Source: Gemmatimonadales bacterium
GTDB taxonomy: Bacteria > Gemmatimonadota > Gemmatimonadetes > Gemmatimonadales > GWC2-71-9
Assembly (NCBI GenBank): GCA_040901965.1
Contig: JBBDYB010000009.1
Coordinates: 22,834-86,833, forward strand
Reading direction: 5' to 3'
DNA: 64,000 nucleotides
The translations under genes were made by a program, and so were the position numbers. Shown here piece by piece: positions 35,596 to 45,410 of the stretch. The notes under the pieces were generated by a model. That model was not told where the DNA came from, made no database searches, and saw only the letters and a list, made by a program, of their open reading frames with translations. Positions within the stretch are counted from its first letter, which is position 1. The number at the start of each line of letters is the position of its first letter.

Positions 35596-36765
35596 CTACG
35601 GGGCTTCCACGATCCTGAACAACCCGCCCCCCAGCGTCATCACGTACATCTCCCCCCGCGCATCCTCCCCAAACGAGCTGATGTTGCCCCCCGGAGAGAG
35701 GTGGATTGTCCAATCGCTCGCGTCGATCGCCGCACCGCCCTGATACCGGAAACCGCGCACAAACCCCGCGCAGAAATCGGCGTACAGGTAATGCCCAAAC
35801 AGCGCCGAGACCCGCACGCCGCGATAGACGTAGCCTCCGGTGACTGCGCACGAGCCCCCGCCATTCGCGTATTCGACGAGCGGCAGCTGCAGCCCTGTTT
35901 GGTTGCAGCCCGTTGAAGGATTGAAGCAGTGCCTTCCTTCCATGATTCTCCAGCCGTAATTCACGCCCTTGCCGGCATCGGGGGGGCCGCCGGCGGACGA
36001 GACGTTTACTTCCTCCCACGCCCCCTGCCCCACGTCCGCGACGTAGAGGTTCCCGGTCAGGCGGTCGAACGAAAAGCGCCAGGGATTGCGCAGACCGAGC
36101 GACCAGATCTCCGGCTCGTACGCCGTGTCCGTCGCGAACGGATTATCCCCCGGAATGGCGTAGCCGCTCGCGACGTCCACATCCACGCGCAGCAGTTTGC
36201 CGAGCAGCGCGTGTTTGTTTTGCGCGTTGTTGGGGACATCGCCGCCGCCGCCGCCATCGCCCGTCCCGATGTAGAGCTTGTTGTCGGGACCGAACTGGAG
36301 CTGGCCGCCGTTGTGGTTGGACTCGCCGGGGTGGCCCACGGCAATCACCGTGTCGGCTGACGCCTCGTTCGCACTGTCAGGATTGGTGGTGGACACGTTG
36401 TAGCGCACGATGCGGAGATCGCCGCTGGAACTCGTGAAGTAGACGTAGAAGCGCCCGTTCGTGCCGTACTGCGGATGGAACGCCAGACTCAACAGTCCCT
36501 CCTCGCCCCCGGCGTTGATTCTGCCGCGGAGGTCGAGGAACACGCTGCCGAGCAGCGTATCGTTGCGCAGAACCCGGATCCGCCCCGCCTGCTCCACCAC
36601 GAACAGCCGCTGCGAGTCGGCCGGCGGTGACGTCGCGAAGACGGGACTCACGAACGAGTCGATGAGCTGTAGCGCGGGTGTTCCGGGCGGTGGGGGCGGC
36701 GCCGGTGAAATGATGGCGTTGCCGCAGGCGAGGCACAGCGTAATCGCGGACATGGCAAATTTCAT
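35596..36765 (-). CDS. PQQ-dependent sugar dehydrogenase (sorbosone/glucose dehydrogenase family) lipoprotein
   Basis: ATG at 36765 with GGAGGA SD. The signal peptide MKFAMSAITLCLACGN carries a lipobox. EGLLSLAFHPQYGTNGRFYVYFT and HNGGQLQFGPD motifs. Confidence 0.85.
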   Translation of the reverse strand: MKFAMSAITLCLACGNAIISPAPPPPPGTPALQLIDSFVSPVFATSPPADSQRLFVVEQAGRIRVLRNDTLLGSVFLDLRGRINAGGEEGLLSLAFHPQYGTNGRFYVYFTSSSGDLRIVRYNVSTTNPDSANEASADTVIAVGHPGESNHNGGQLQFGPDNKLYIGTGDGGGGGDVPNNAQNKHALLGKLLRVDVDVASGYAIPGDNPFATDTAYEPEIWSLGLRNPWRFSFDRLTGNLYVADVGQGAWEEVNVSSAGGPPDAGKGVNYGWRIMEGRHCFNPSTGCNQTGLQLPLVEYANGGGSCAVTGGYVYRGVRVSALFGHYLYADFCAGFVRGFRYQGGAAIDASDWTIHLSPGGNISSFGEDARGEMYVMTLGGGLFRIVEAP

Positions 36766-38036
36766 GAGGTTCCTCCGAGCACGACTTCGACGCCCTCGTG
36801 CCGCAACTTGCCGAGCAGCCGGGCCTCGATTCGCGCGGTAACCGTCACGACGCCGTTCGTCTGCACCTGCTCGAGCACCTCGGCGTCCCGATGCAGCGCG
36901 GCGAGCAGCCGCCCGTTCTCCACCGGGACGCGGATCTGCGCGATGGGACGGAGCGCCTGCGACGACGTCCGCAGCGCGCGGCGCAGGTCCTCGACGCCGG
37001 AACCGGACACCGTCGAAGTGAGCACGGCATGCGGGTAACGCTCCCGGACCAACGCGAGAAATGCGTCGCGGTCCGGCAGCAGATCGGCCTTGTTGAATAC
37101 GTGAATCACGCGCTTGGGCGCGACGCTCGTCGTCTCGATCTCGACCACCTCCACCTGCTCTTCCCATTCGGGGTGGCTGGCGTCAATGACGTGCAGCAGG
37201 AGATCCGCTTCGTTGGCCTCCTCGATCGTCGCCCTGAACGAAGCCACCAGATGGTGTGGGAGCTTTCGGATGAACCCGACCGTGTCGGTCACCCGAAACC
37301 GATACCCTTCGCCCACGTCCACTTCGCGCGTGAGCGTATCGAGCGTGGCGAAGAGGCGGTCTTCGACGAACACATCGTGACCAGAGAGCGCTTTCAGCAG
37401 ACTCGACTTGCCGGCGTTCGTGTAGCCGACGAGCGCCGCGCTTGGCACGTGGCGCCCCCCCCGGCCCCCCCGGCCCCCCCCGGCCCGACCTAGACGCTGG
37501 TTGGCGCGGTGGTCGGCGACGTCCTTGAGGCGCTTCTTGAGCGTGGAGATCTTGCGCCGGATCGTGCGGCGGTCGGTCTCGAGCTGAGTTTCGCCCGGGC
37601 CCCGGAGGCCGATACCGCCGCGGATACGCGACAAGTGCGTCCACATGCGCGTGAGCCGCGGCAGCAGGTACTCGAGCTGGGCCAGCTCCACCTGGAGCTT
37701 GGCTTCGTGGCTGCGGGCGCGGGTGGCGAAGATGTCGAGAATCACCTCGGTGCGGTCCATCACGCGCACGCCGAGGCTCCGCTCCAGGTTCGTCCCTTGA
37801 ACAGGCGAAAGCGCTTCATCCACGAGGAGTAAGGTTGCCTGAGAAGCCTGCAGCGTGCCCTTCAGCTCCTCGACCTTCCCCTGGCCGAGGTAGAAGTTCG
37901 GGGTGGGCGCTTCGATCCGTTGGACGGTGCGGCCGACGATTTCGGCGCCGGCCGTGTCGGCCAGCCGCTCCAGCTCGTCGAGATGCTCGTCGACATGGAT
38001 GACGTCGTCCGACCCTTTGCGCGGCGCACCCACCAA
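36762..38036 (-). CDS. hflX: GTPase HflX
   Basis: G1 GYTNAGKSSLL and DTVGFI motifs with an HflX N-terminal domain. TTG start from the track. ATGA overlap with the downstream gene. Confidence 0.9.
   Translation of the reverse strand: MVGAPRKGSDDVIHVDEHLDELERLADTAGAEIVGRTVQRIEAPTPNFYLGQGKVEELKGTLQASQATLLLVDEALSPVQGTNLERSLGVRVMDRTEVILDIFATRARSHEAKLQVELAQLEYLLPRLTRMWTHLSRIRGGIGLRGPGETQLETDRRTIRRKISTLKKRLKDVADHRANQRLGRAGGGRGGRGGRHVPSAALVGYTNAGKSSLLKALSGHDVFVEDRLFATLDTLTREVDVGEGYRFRVTDTVGFIRKLPHHLVASFRATIEEANEADLLLHVIDASHPEWEEQVEVVEIETTSVAPKRVIHVFNKADLLPDRDAFLALVRERYPHAVLTSTVSGSGVEDLRRALRTSSQALRPIAQIRVPVENGRLLAALHRDAEVLEQVQTNGVVTVTARIEARLLGKLRHEGVEVVLGGTS
37455..37486 (-). repeat. three G-runs (8, 7, 8 nt on the coding strand) in hflX
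   Basis: The plus strand reads C8-GG-C7-GG-C8-GG-CCC. It is translated GRAGGGRGGRGGR immediately before the G1 motif. Confidence 0.7.
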
Positions 38037-38106
38037 GAAGGCGCGCTCGACGGGTGACTGAATCTCTATGAGTTGCCGAATAGTCCTGCTCCCAGCTCCC
38101 TGCTCC

Positions 38107-38577
38107 CTATGGAAGAAGTTTCCGAAGCGGCACGGTGCCCTTGTTCTTGAGCTGCACGCGCCGCTCGCCCAGGGGCGTTTCGAGCAGCGCCGCCCCCGTG
38201 AGCCCGTAATTTAGCGACTGCCGCTCCAACAATGCCCGGGCGGCGGCTCCCACCCCCGACCAGGCGAACCGCACCGGCATGATCACCCGGCTGTGGTTCT
38301 CGGGCGAGAGGTCGAGCGGCTTGTCGATCAGCGCCTCTCCAAAATAGGTGTCCTCGAGGTCCAGCCCCACTTCGAGCCGGGTGCTGCGCAGGCGATAGGT
38401 GTTGGGGTTATAGACGTCGAACACGAGGTCGAGCGTGCCGCCGGTCAGGCCGAGGCCCGTGATATTGATCTCTTGGAGCGCGATCTGCGGCTCTTGGAAA
38501 TTAATTGCGCTGCGAATGGAGGCGCAGGCGCTCACGAGCAACAACGTGACGCTCCAAACAGCCCGGGGGTTCCCCAT
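38107..38577 (-). CDS. LEA type 2 / WHy-domain lipoprotein
   Basis: The internal ATG at 38577 gives MGNPRAVWSVTLLLVSACAS (lipobox), followed by LDLVFDVYNPNTYRL, typical of the LEA_2 family. Confidence 0.75.
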   Translation of the reverse strand: MGNPRAVWSVTLLLVSACASIRSAINFQEPQIALQEINITGLGLTGGTLDLVFDVYNPNTYRLRSTRLEVGLDLEDTYFGEALIDKPLDLSPENHSRVIMPVRFAWSGVGAAARALLERQSLNYGLTGAALLETPLGERRVQLKNKGTVPLRKLLP

Positions 38578-38713
38578 CAGTGATCTCCCTAGGTCTTTGT
38601 CATGTGACCCGACTTGCGGGTCACTGTATGTCGGCTCACATTCCCGCCGTTCCCGCGGATGCAGCGCCCTCCTCACGGGAACACGTCCCGACTTCATCAG
38701 GATATAGACTACG

Positions 38714-39532
38714 ATGGCCGAACAGCCCCTCATTCTCCTGGCCAACGGCGACCGGTGGTTCACCGAGTCGCTGGAAAGCGTGCTGGGCCAAGGCGGCTAT
38801 CGGGTGGTGACCGCGGCCAAACGTCCCCACGTGCTGGAGCAGGCCCGCGAGCATCGCCCCGACGGCATCATCCTCGATCTCGGCCTCAGCGGGCGCGACA
38901 GTTTCAGCCTGTGCCGCGCGCTGCGCGCCGATCCCGGCATCTCCCGCGCCACCCCCATCATACTCACGACGGCAGGACCCGCGCTGCGCACCCAGCAGCT
39001 CGAGGCGCTGCGCGCCGGCGCCTGGGAGCTGCGCGGCGAGCCGCTCGACACCGAGGAGCTGTTGCTCCGCCTCGGCGCCTACATCCAGGGCAAGCTCGAG
39101 GTGGACCGCCTTGGCGCGGAAGGATTGGTAGACCAGCCGAGTGGGCTCTATAACGCCGCCGGCGTGGCGCGGCGGGCGCAGGAGTTGGCGGCGCTCATCG
39201 CGCGCCAGGGCATGGCCCTCGCCTGCGCCGTGTTCACCCCCAGCAACGGAGCGACGACGGCCGCCAGTGACAGGCTGGCGATGACATTCAAGAGCGTCGG
39301 GCGCATGTCGGACGTCATCGGCCGCACTGGCCCGGCGGAGTTCACTGTGTTCGCGCCGGCCACCGACGCGACCGCCGCCGAGCGGCTGGTCAATCGTATC
39401 GCCGAAAGTGTGGCGCGCGCGCTGCAGGTGAAGCTCCGCGCCGGGGTCAGTGCCGCCACGCCCTCCGCGCCTCGGCAAAAGCCGGTTTCGACTAACGATC
39501 TGATGGAACGGGCGCGCGAGGCTCTGACCTAA
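38714..39532 (+). CDS. atypical REC plus degenerate GGDEF (GPAEF, RxxD retained) protein, paralog 2
   Basis: REC-like IILDLGL...IILTT, then DQPSGLYNAAG...RMSDVIGRTGPAEFTVFAP. Confidence 0.75.
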   Translation: MAEQPLILLANGDRWFTESLESVLGQGGYRVVTAAKRPHVLEQAREHRPDGIILDLGLSGRDSFSLCRALRADPGISRATPIILTTAGPALRTQQLEALRAGAWELRGEPLDTEELLLRLGAYIQGKLEVDRLGAEGLVDQPSGLYNAAGVARRAQELAALIARQGMALACAVFTPSNGATTAASDRLAMTFKSVGRMSDVIGRTGPAEFTVFAPATDATAAERLVNRIAESVARALQVKLRAGVSAATPSAPRQKPVSTNDLMERAREALT

Positions 39533-40783
39533 CTACGAGCGGCGGCGAGGTCCGCTGGTGCGGCCGCCCGGCCCGCTGGTGCGGCTTCCCGGCCCCGCCG
39601 GCATGACCCGCGGCGCGGAACGGCGGGTCTGGCAAGGCGGCAGATCCAGCTCGAAAAAGAACCGCGTTCCCCAGCCCGGCTGCGACTCGAGTTTCAGCTC
39701 GGAATTCATCGCCTTGACGAGCTTGCGGCAGATCGTCAGGCCCAGCCCTGTCTGGGAAAAGAGCTGCCCGCGGCGCCCGGACTCCTTGCGGAGCGGCTGG
39801 AACAGCGTGGTGACCGTCGCGGGGTGGATCCCCTTGCCGCTGTCGCGCACGGCGAACTCGATGCGCGAGGGACCGCGCTCCATCGCCACGATCTCCACGT
39901 ATCCCTGGTCGGTGAACTTCAGGGCATTGGTCGTGAGGTTGAGCAGCACCCGGCTCAGCGCCACCTGATGCCCCATCCGCTCGTCCATCGAAGGCGCCAG
40001 CAGGCGCACGATGAGGTGCTTCTCTTCGGCAATGGGGCGGACGATGTCGCGCACCGACTCGAGTGTCGCCGTCACCGAGAACGCGACGGGCTCCTGCTCG
40101 ACGAGCTGATCGCCCCCCTGCGTGAACTCGATGATGTCGCTCGCCACCGAGGACAGCCCCAGCGCCGCCGTGTAGATGAGACCCAGCTGGCGGCGCTGCA
40201 CGTTGTTGACCGGACCGCTCTGGCCCCGCTGCAGCGTCTCCGCGAGCACCAGGATCGAGGTCAGCGGCGAGCGCAGATCGTGGGCGACGTCCATCAGCAG
40301 CGCCAGGCCGTCGGCTCCCGACAGGTGCGCCGCGAACGACTGCGCCCAACTCGGCTCGATCGCCACGCGCACCCGCTCCATCCCGGCGAGCAGCGGCTGC
40401 AGCTCGGCGTCGGAGGCACCGCTCGTGGGCCAGCCGGCGATCACTTCCGCGCGCAAGAGATCGAGGAGACGGCGGCCGAGGATCGAGCGCACCCGCTCGT
40501 CAACGACCGGGGCGATATCCGGCTGCGTCGCGTGAATGCCCGCCGCGAGCAGGCCCAGCTGCTCGCCGACTTGGTCCGCGCCGGTCGAGCGCGGCCGGCG
40601 CGCCCAATCCGCGACGACCTGTCGTGCAGCGGTCTGCAGGACTCGGCAGAGCACGCAGCGGCTATCCGCGCATGTCGCGCGGAGCGAGAGGGAGGAACTG
40701 CTGGAGCCGGACCGCTGTAAGGGCGGGGCCGGGGTGTTGCGAGGGGACGCCATCCACGCTCGTCGCTGGGGCGGTAACAACAA
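39533..40783 (-). CDS. cytoplasmic sensor histidine kinase
   Basis: H-box VAHDLRSPLTSI and an HATPase region (NLTTNALKFT, RDSGKGI, GLGLTICR). No clear TM segment. An alternative ATG lies at 40753. Confidence 0.85.
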   Translation of the reverse strand: MLLPPQRRAWMASPRNTPAPPLQRSGSSSSSLSLRATCADSRCVLCRVLQTAARQVVADWARRPRSTGADQVGEQLGLLAAGIHATQPDIAPVVDERVRSILGRRLLDLLRAEVIAGWPTSGASDAELQPLLAGMERVRVAIEPSWAQSFAAHLSGADGLALLMDVAHDLRSPLTSILVLAETLQRGQSGPVNNVQRRQLGLIYTAALGLSSVASDIIEFTQGGDQLVEQEPVAFSVTATLESVRDIVRPIAEEKHLIVRLLAPSMDERMGHQVALSRVLLNLTTNALKFTDQGYVEIVAMERGPSRIEFAVRDSGKGIHPATVTTLFQPLRKESGRRGQLFSQTGLGLTICRKLVKAMNSELKLESQPGWGTRFFFELDLPPCQTRRSAPRVMPAGPGSRTSGPGGRTSGPRRRS

Positions 40784-40840
40784 TGTACCCTAGGTGAATC
40801 ACTAGGTTCAACTGGGCGGGAGTCTTACGTCCGTACCGGC

Positions 40841-41473
40841 CTAGGGAGCTAGCCAGCCCTCGCGGATGGCGTAGCGAACCAGGTTGGCCGTGTCATGGAT
40901 GTTGAGCTTCTTCATGATCCGCCCGCGGTGGAATTCGGCGGTTTTCACGCTGATGCGCAGCGCCTGGGCGATCTGTTTGGTCGTCTTGCCGTCGCCCACG
41001 AGCTGGAGCACCTGCCGCTCGCGGGGGGTGAGCTGGGGGCCGACCCCCGCCGTGGCGTCCAGGATCGCCTGCGAGGCACCGGGGCTGACGTAGAGCCCGC
41101 CCCGCCGCACCTCTTCGATAGCCCGCACCAGGTCATCGGCGCCCTGGCTCTTCTGCACGAAGCCGCGCACGCCCACCTTGAGGGCCTCGGGAACGAAGCG
41201 CGCGTCGTCCACGCCGGACAGCAGAATGACGGGGATGGCGGGCGCGGTACGCGCGATCTCGCGGGCAGCCTCGACCCCATTCAAGATCGGCATGGCGACG
41301 TCGAGCACCGCAATGTCGGGGATCAGCCGCAGCACGGCGTCCACGGCGGCGCGTCCGTCCGCCTCGTCGGCGACGACCTCCAGCCCGCGGCGCTCCAGCA
41401 GGGCTTTCAGGGCCTGCCGCAGCACCAGATGATCGTCCGCCAACACCAAACGTAGGGGCACCCAGGCCTCCAT
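40841..41473 (-). CDS. NarL/FixJ (LuxR-type) response regulator
   Basis: The internal ATG at 41473 gives MEAWVPLRLVLADDH...DIAVLDVAMP. The HTH is LTPRERQVLQLVGDGKTTKQIAQAL. Confidence 0.9.
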   Translation of the reverse strand: MEAWVPLRLVLADDHLVLRQALKALLERRGLEVVADEADGRAAVDAVLRLIPDIAVLDVAMPILNGVEAAREIARTAPAIPVILLSGVDDARFVPEALKVGVRGFVQKSQGADDLVRAIEEVRRGGLYVSPGASQAILDATAGVGPQLTPRERQVLQLVGDGKTTKQIAQALRISVKTAEFHRGRIMKKLNIHDTANLVRYAIREGWLAP

Positions 41474-41507
41474 GGGCCCGGCGCCGGGGTTGGGCCGGGC
41501 GGAGTAC

Positions 41508-42581
41508 TCAGTCGAAACGTGCATTGTCACACAACACGGCCGCAATCCGCCGCGCCGCGTGCCCATCCCAGCGTTCGATCGTGGGGGGAGCCGATCGACC
41601 CGTTCCGTTCCGCACGACCTCCCGCGCCGCCGCCAACAGGGGCTCACGGCGAGCGGCCACGAGCCGGTTGGTCCCTTCCCGACAGGTGATGGGCCGCTCG
41701 GTATTGGGCCGCACCGTCAAACAGGGCACGCCGAGGAACGACGTCTCCTCCTGGAGGCCACCCGAGTCCGTGATCACCAGGTCGCTCCGCAGCACCAGAC
41801 TCAGCATCTCGAGGTACGGCACCGGGTCCCGCAGCGCAATTCCCTCGGGCGCCCACCCGAGGGCGCGCATGCGCGCGCGCGTCCGCGGGTGCACGGGGAA
41901 CAGAATCTGGCGTTCCTTCCCCAGCTCGGCCAGGGCGTCGAGCAGCTCGCGCAGCACCGCCGGATCATCCACGTTCGCCGGCCGGTGCAGCGTCACTAGT
42001 GCATACGGCTCATGGGCATGGCCGTTGCGGCTGACCGCCTGGGGGAGCAGCGCCACCAGCGAGTCAATCATGATATTGCCGACGAAATGCACCCGCTCGG
42101 CCGCCGCGCCCTCAGCCCGCAGGTTGTCCCAGGCGTCGCGCGCGGGCGTGAACAGCAGGTCCGACAGCCGGTCCGTGACCACGCGGTTGATCTCCTCCGG
42201 CATCGACCAATCGCGGCTGCGGAGCCCTGCTTCCACGTGGCCGACGCGGATCCCCAGCTTCGCGGCCACCAGGGCGGCGGCGACGGTCGAGTTGACATCG
42301 CCGTACACGAGGACGACGTCGGGCTGCGTCTCCAGACAGACGGGCTCGAAGCCCTGCATCACGGCGGCGGTCTGCTGGGCGTGGGTGCCGGAGCCGACCG
42401 CGAGATTGAAATCGGGGCTGGGGATCGCGAGGGTGTCGAGGAAGCTCGCCGACATGTCGGCGTCGTAGTGCTGGCCGGTGTGCACGATGACGTGCTCCAC
42501 CTTGCGCCGGGCCAGCTCGTGGGCGAGCGGTGCGAGCTTCATGAAGTTGGGGCGCGCGCCCACCACGGACAGAATGCGCAA
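41508..42581 (-). CDS. wecB: UDP-N-acetylglucosamine 2-epimerase (second copy)
   Basis: (TTG)RILSVVGARPNFMKLAPL, HTGQHYD and DSGGLQEE motifs. Confidence 0.9.
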   Translation of the reverse strand: MRILSVVGARPNFMKLAPLAHELARRKVEHVIVHTGQHYDADMSASFLDTLAIPSPDFNLAVGSGTHAQQTAAVMQGFEPVCLETQPDVVLVYGDVNSTVAAALVAAKLGIRVGHVEAGLRSRDWSMPEEINRVVTDRLSDLLFTPARDAWDNLRAEGAAAERVHFVGNIMIDSLVALLPQAVSRNGHAHEPYALVTLHRPANVDDPAVLRELLDALAELGKERQILFPVHPRTRARMRALGWAPEGIALRDPVPYLEMLSLVLRSDLVITDSGGLQEETSFLGVPCLTVRPNTERPITCREGTNRLVAARREPLLAAAREVVRNGTGRSAPPTIERWDGHAARRIAAVLCDNARFD

Positions 42582-43334
42582 CTAGAACGCCCGCGTCAGA
42601 GCGAACACGGCGACCGGGATGGTGAGCAGCACCCCGACAATGCGCAGCGTGCGCTCGGAGTCGCCGCGCGCCGGCACGTAGACGCGATCGCCGGCCCGGA
42701 GATTGAGGCGGTCGATCGAGTAGCCGCGGCCCAGGGCCTCCTGCAGGCGCGGTCCGCGCATGATCGTGGTCTGGCCGCGCTCGACCCGGATGTCCGTGGC
42801 CTTCGCTTGCTGGGTGAAGCCGCCCGCATCGCTGATCACGTCGGCGAGCGGCTGCTCGGGCGCGGCGGCGTAGAAGCCTGGGTTGGTCACTTGCCCCTCG
42901 ACGAGCACCCGCATCAGGGGCTGCACCTCGACGACGGGGGTGCGGAGATACTGCGCGAGGTGCGTCTCGACGCGGTCCTCGAGCTCCGAGCGCAACACCC
43001 CGCGCAGCGGGACGCTCCCCACCTGCGGAAGCGCGAGCACCTGGCCTTCGCCGACGGTGAACGTATCGGTGAGCTGCTGCTCACCTTCGACCCGCAGGAA
43101 GATCTGGTCGCCGACCTGGAAATCGCCGCTCTCCAGGCGGGCGCGAATCAAGTCGGCCTGGGGCGAGGTGGCCATTTCCTTTTGTAGAAAGGCGCGCGTC
43201 GCCAGCGCCGACCCACTGACTGAAGAGTCAGCGGGAGCGGCTTGTTGGGCGGCCGCCAGCGTTGGAAACACGAGCAGGCAGACCGCCACAGCGCTCTGCC
43301 GGACGATGCGATGCATTGCGTTGAGGATTCGCAT
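42582..43334 (-). CDS. wza: periplasmic polysaccharide export protein (Wza/Poly_export-SLBB family, short form)
   Basis: Signal peptide, then GDQIFLRVEGEQQL...LPQVGSVPLRGV and an SLBB-like GDRVYVP, with a C-terminal hydrophobic helix. Confidence 0.7.
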   Translation of the reverse strand: MRILNAMHRIVRQSAVAVCLLVFPTLAAAQQAAPADSSVSGSALATRAFLQKEMATSPQADLIRARLESGDFQVGDQIFLRVEGEQQLTDTFTVGEGQVLALPQVGSVPLRGVLRSELEDRVETHLAQYLRTPVVEVQPLMRVLVEGQVTNPGFYAAAPEQPLADVISDAGGFTQQAKATDIRVERGQTTIMRGPRLQEALGRGYSIDRLNLRAGDRVYVPARGDSERTLRIVGVLLTIPVAVFALTRAF

Positions 43335-43336
43335 GG

Positions 43337-45175
43337 CTACTCCACGGTTACGCTCTTGGCAAGGTTGCGAGGCCGGTCCACGTCGCAGCCGCGCAGCACC
43401 GCGATGTGGTAGGCCAGGAGTTGCAGAGGAATCACGGTCACGACCGGCGACAGCAACGGAATCGTGCGCGGTACGCGGAGCTGATGGTCCACGAGCCGGC
43501 GCAAGTCGCCGTTGCCCTGGGTGGTGACGGCCAGGATGCGCCCGCCGCGGGCGCGGACTTCGTGCATGTTGGACACGACCTTGGGGTACACCTCGTCGTG
43601 CGGCGCCACGAAGACGACGGGCATGTGCTCGTCAATGAGCGCGATCGGCCCGTGCTTCATCTCGGCCGCGGGATACCCTTCGGCGTGGATGTAGCTGATC
43701 TCTTTCAGCTTGAGCGCGCCCTCGAGCGCGACCGGGAAGTTCATGCCGCGGCCGAGGTACAGCGCGTGGCTGGCATCGGCGTAGCGCTCCGCCAGCGCCT
43801 TCACTTCGGGCTCGAGCTCGAGCGTCTCGGCCACGAGGTCCGGCAGCCGGGTCAGGCCGCACACCAGTTGCCGGGCCGCCTCCGGTGGCAGCCCGCGCTG
43901 CGAGCCCAGGTACCCACCGAGCAGCGCCAGCGCCACGATTTGCGACGTGAAGGCCTTCGTTGACGCGACGCCGATTTCGGGGCCGGCGTGCAGGTAGATC
44001 CCGCCGTCCGCCTCCCGCGCGATCGTGCTCCCGACGACGTTCACGATGCCGACGACGCGCGAGCCGGCGGCGCGCGCGGCCCGCATCGCTTCCAGCGTGT
44101 CGGCCGTCTCCCCCGACTGGGAGATGGCGATCGTCAGCGTGCCGGGGTGCTGGAGCTGGCGGCGGTAGCGGTACTCGGAGGCGTATTCGACCCCAACCGG
44201 GATCTGGGCCAGCTCCTCGATGATCTGCCGCCCGACGAGCCCCGCGTGCCACGACGTGCCGCAGGCGACGATGGTGATGCGGCGCAAAGCGGCGCAATCG
44301 GCGGGGGTCAGGTTGAGCCCGTTCAGCCGGGCGACCCCGCCGTCGCCCAACAGCCGCCCGCGGAGCGTGCTGCGCACCGTCTCCGGCTGCTCCGCGATCT
44401 CCTTCTGCATGAAGTGGGTGTGGCCGCCGAGCTCGATCGCCTCGAGGTCCCACGCCAGGGCATCCACGGTCCGTTCCTGCACCTGCGATTCGCGATCAAT
44501 CACCTGATACGACGCCGGCGTGAGCACGGCGATGTCGCCGTCGTCGAGGTACACGACCGAGCGGGTGTGCTCGAGGATCGCGGACGCGTCCGAGGCCACG
44601 AAGTATTCCTGCTCTCCCACTCCGAGCAGCACGGGGGAGCCCTGGCGCGCGACCACGATCTTGCCGGGCTCGTCGGCCGAGATCACGGCGATGCCGTAGG
44701 TCCCCACGACGTGGGCGAGCGCCGCGATCACGCGGGCCTCGAGGGTGTCGCCCGGCGCATCCTCGATGAGGTGGACGAGCGTCTCGGTATCGGTGTCGCT
44801 GCCGAAGACGTGGCCGTTGCGCTCGAGGGCGGCGCGCAGCACCTCGGCGTTCTCGATGATGCCGTTGTGCACGAGCGCGATGCGGTCGTGGCAGTCGGCA
44901 TGGGGATGGGCGTTGCGCGCGGTGGGCACGCCGTGCGTCGCCCAGCGGGTGTGGGCGATGCCGCTCGCGCCGTGCACGGGGAGCCGCTCCACCAGGTCGC
45001 GCAGCGCCGCCACGCGGCCCGCCAGCTTGCGGGTCACGACCCCGCGCCCGCCCCCCATCTCGATCGCGATGCCCGCGGAGTCGTAGCCCCGGTACTCCAG
45101 GCGCGCGAGGGCTTGGAGCAGAATCGGCGCGGCTTCACGCCGGCCGCCGCCGGTGTAGCCGACGATGCCGCACAT
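43337..45175 (-). CDS. glmS: glutamine--fructose-6-phosphate aminotransferase
   Basis: MCGIVGYTG..., two SIS domains, and the C-terminal ...LAKSVTVE. Confidence 0.95.
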   Translation of the reverse strand: MCGIVGYTGGGRREAAPILLQALARLEYRGYDSAGIAIEMGGGRGVVTRKLAGRVAALRDLVERLPVHGASGIAHTRWATHGVPTARNAHPHADCHDRIALVHNGIIENAEVLRAALERNGHVFGSDTDTETLVHLIEDAPGDTLEARVIAALAHVVGTYGIAVISADEPGKIVVARQGSPVLLGVGEQEYFVASDASAILEHTRSVVYLDDGDIAVLTPASYQVIDRESQVQERTVDALAWDLEAIELGGHTHFMQKEIAEQPETVRSTLRGRLLGDGGVARLNGLNLTPADCAALRRITIVACGTSWHAGLVGRQIIEELAQIPVGVEYASEYRYRRQLQHPGTLTIAISQSGETADTLEAMRAARAAGSRVVGIVNVVGSTIAREADGGIYLHAGPEIGVASTKAFTSQIVALALLGGYLGSQRGLPPEAARQLVCGLTRLPDLVAETLELEPEVKALAERYADASHALYLGRGMNFPVALEGALKLKEISYIHAEGYPAAEMKHGPIALIDEHMPVVFVAPHDEVYPKVVSNMHEVRARGGRILAVTTQGNGDLRRLVDHQLRVPRTIPLLSPVVTVIPLQLLAYHIAVLRGCDVDRPRNLAKSVTVE

Positions 45176-45176
45176 G

Positions 45177-45410
45177 TCAGCGATCCTCGCGCCGCTTCAA
45201 GAGCCCCCCCCCCCGCCGCGGGCCCGAGAGGCCGAAGCGCGCGAGCTGCGATTCCTTCTTCCGCACCTGCCGCACGACGTCGTCGGCGCCGATGAGATGG
45301 CCGCAGCGAGAGCACAGCTGATCGGGGATCGGCTTGCTCTCTTCGCGGTTTTCCCCTTGTTCCTCAGGCGCGTCCTGTTTCTCAGGCGCGTCACAGACCC
45401 GGCACAGCAT
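45177..45410 (-). CDS. hypothetical small CxxC...CxxC (zinc-ribbon-like) protein
   Basis: 77-aa ORF MLCRVC...LCSRCGH ending 1 nt before the glmS ATG. GC3 is high. It contains a G11 homopolymer near the 3' end, so coding status is uncertain. Confidence 0.3.
   Translation of the reverse strand: MLCRVCDAPEKQDAPEEQGENREESKPIPDQLCSRCGHLIGADDVVRQVRKKESQLARFGLSGPRRGGGLLKRREDR
45205..45215. repeat. homopolymer C11 (G11 on the coding strand)
   Basis: Counted from blocks agagCCCCCC CCCCCgccgc. It lies 30-40 nt upstream of the glmS start. Confidence 0.8.
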
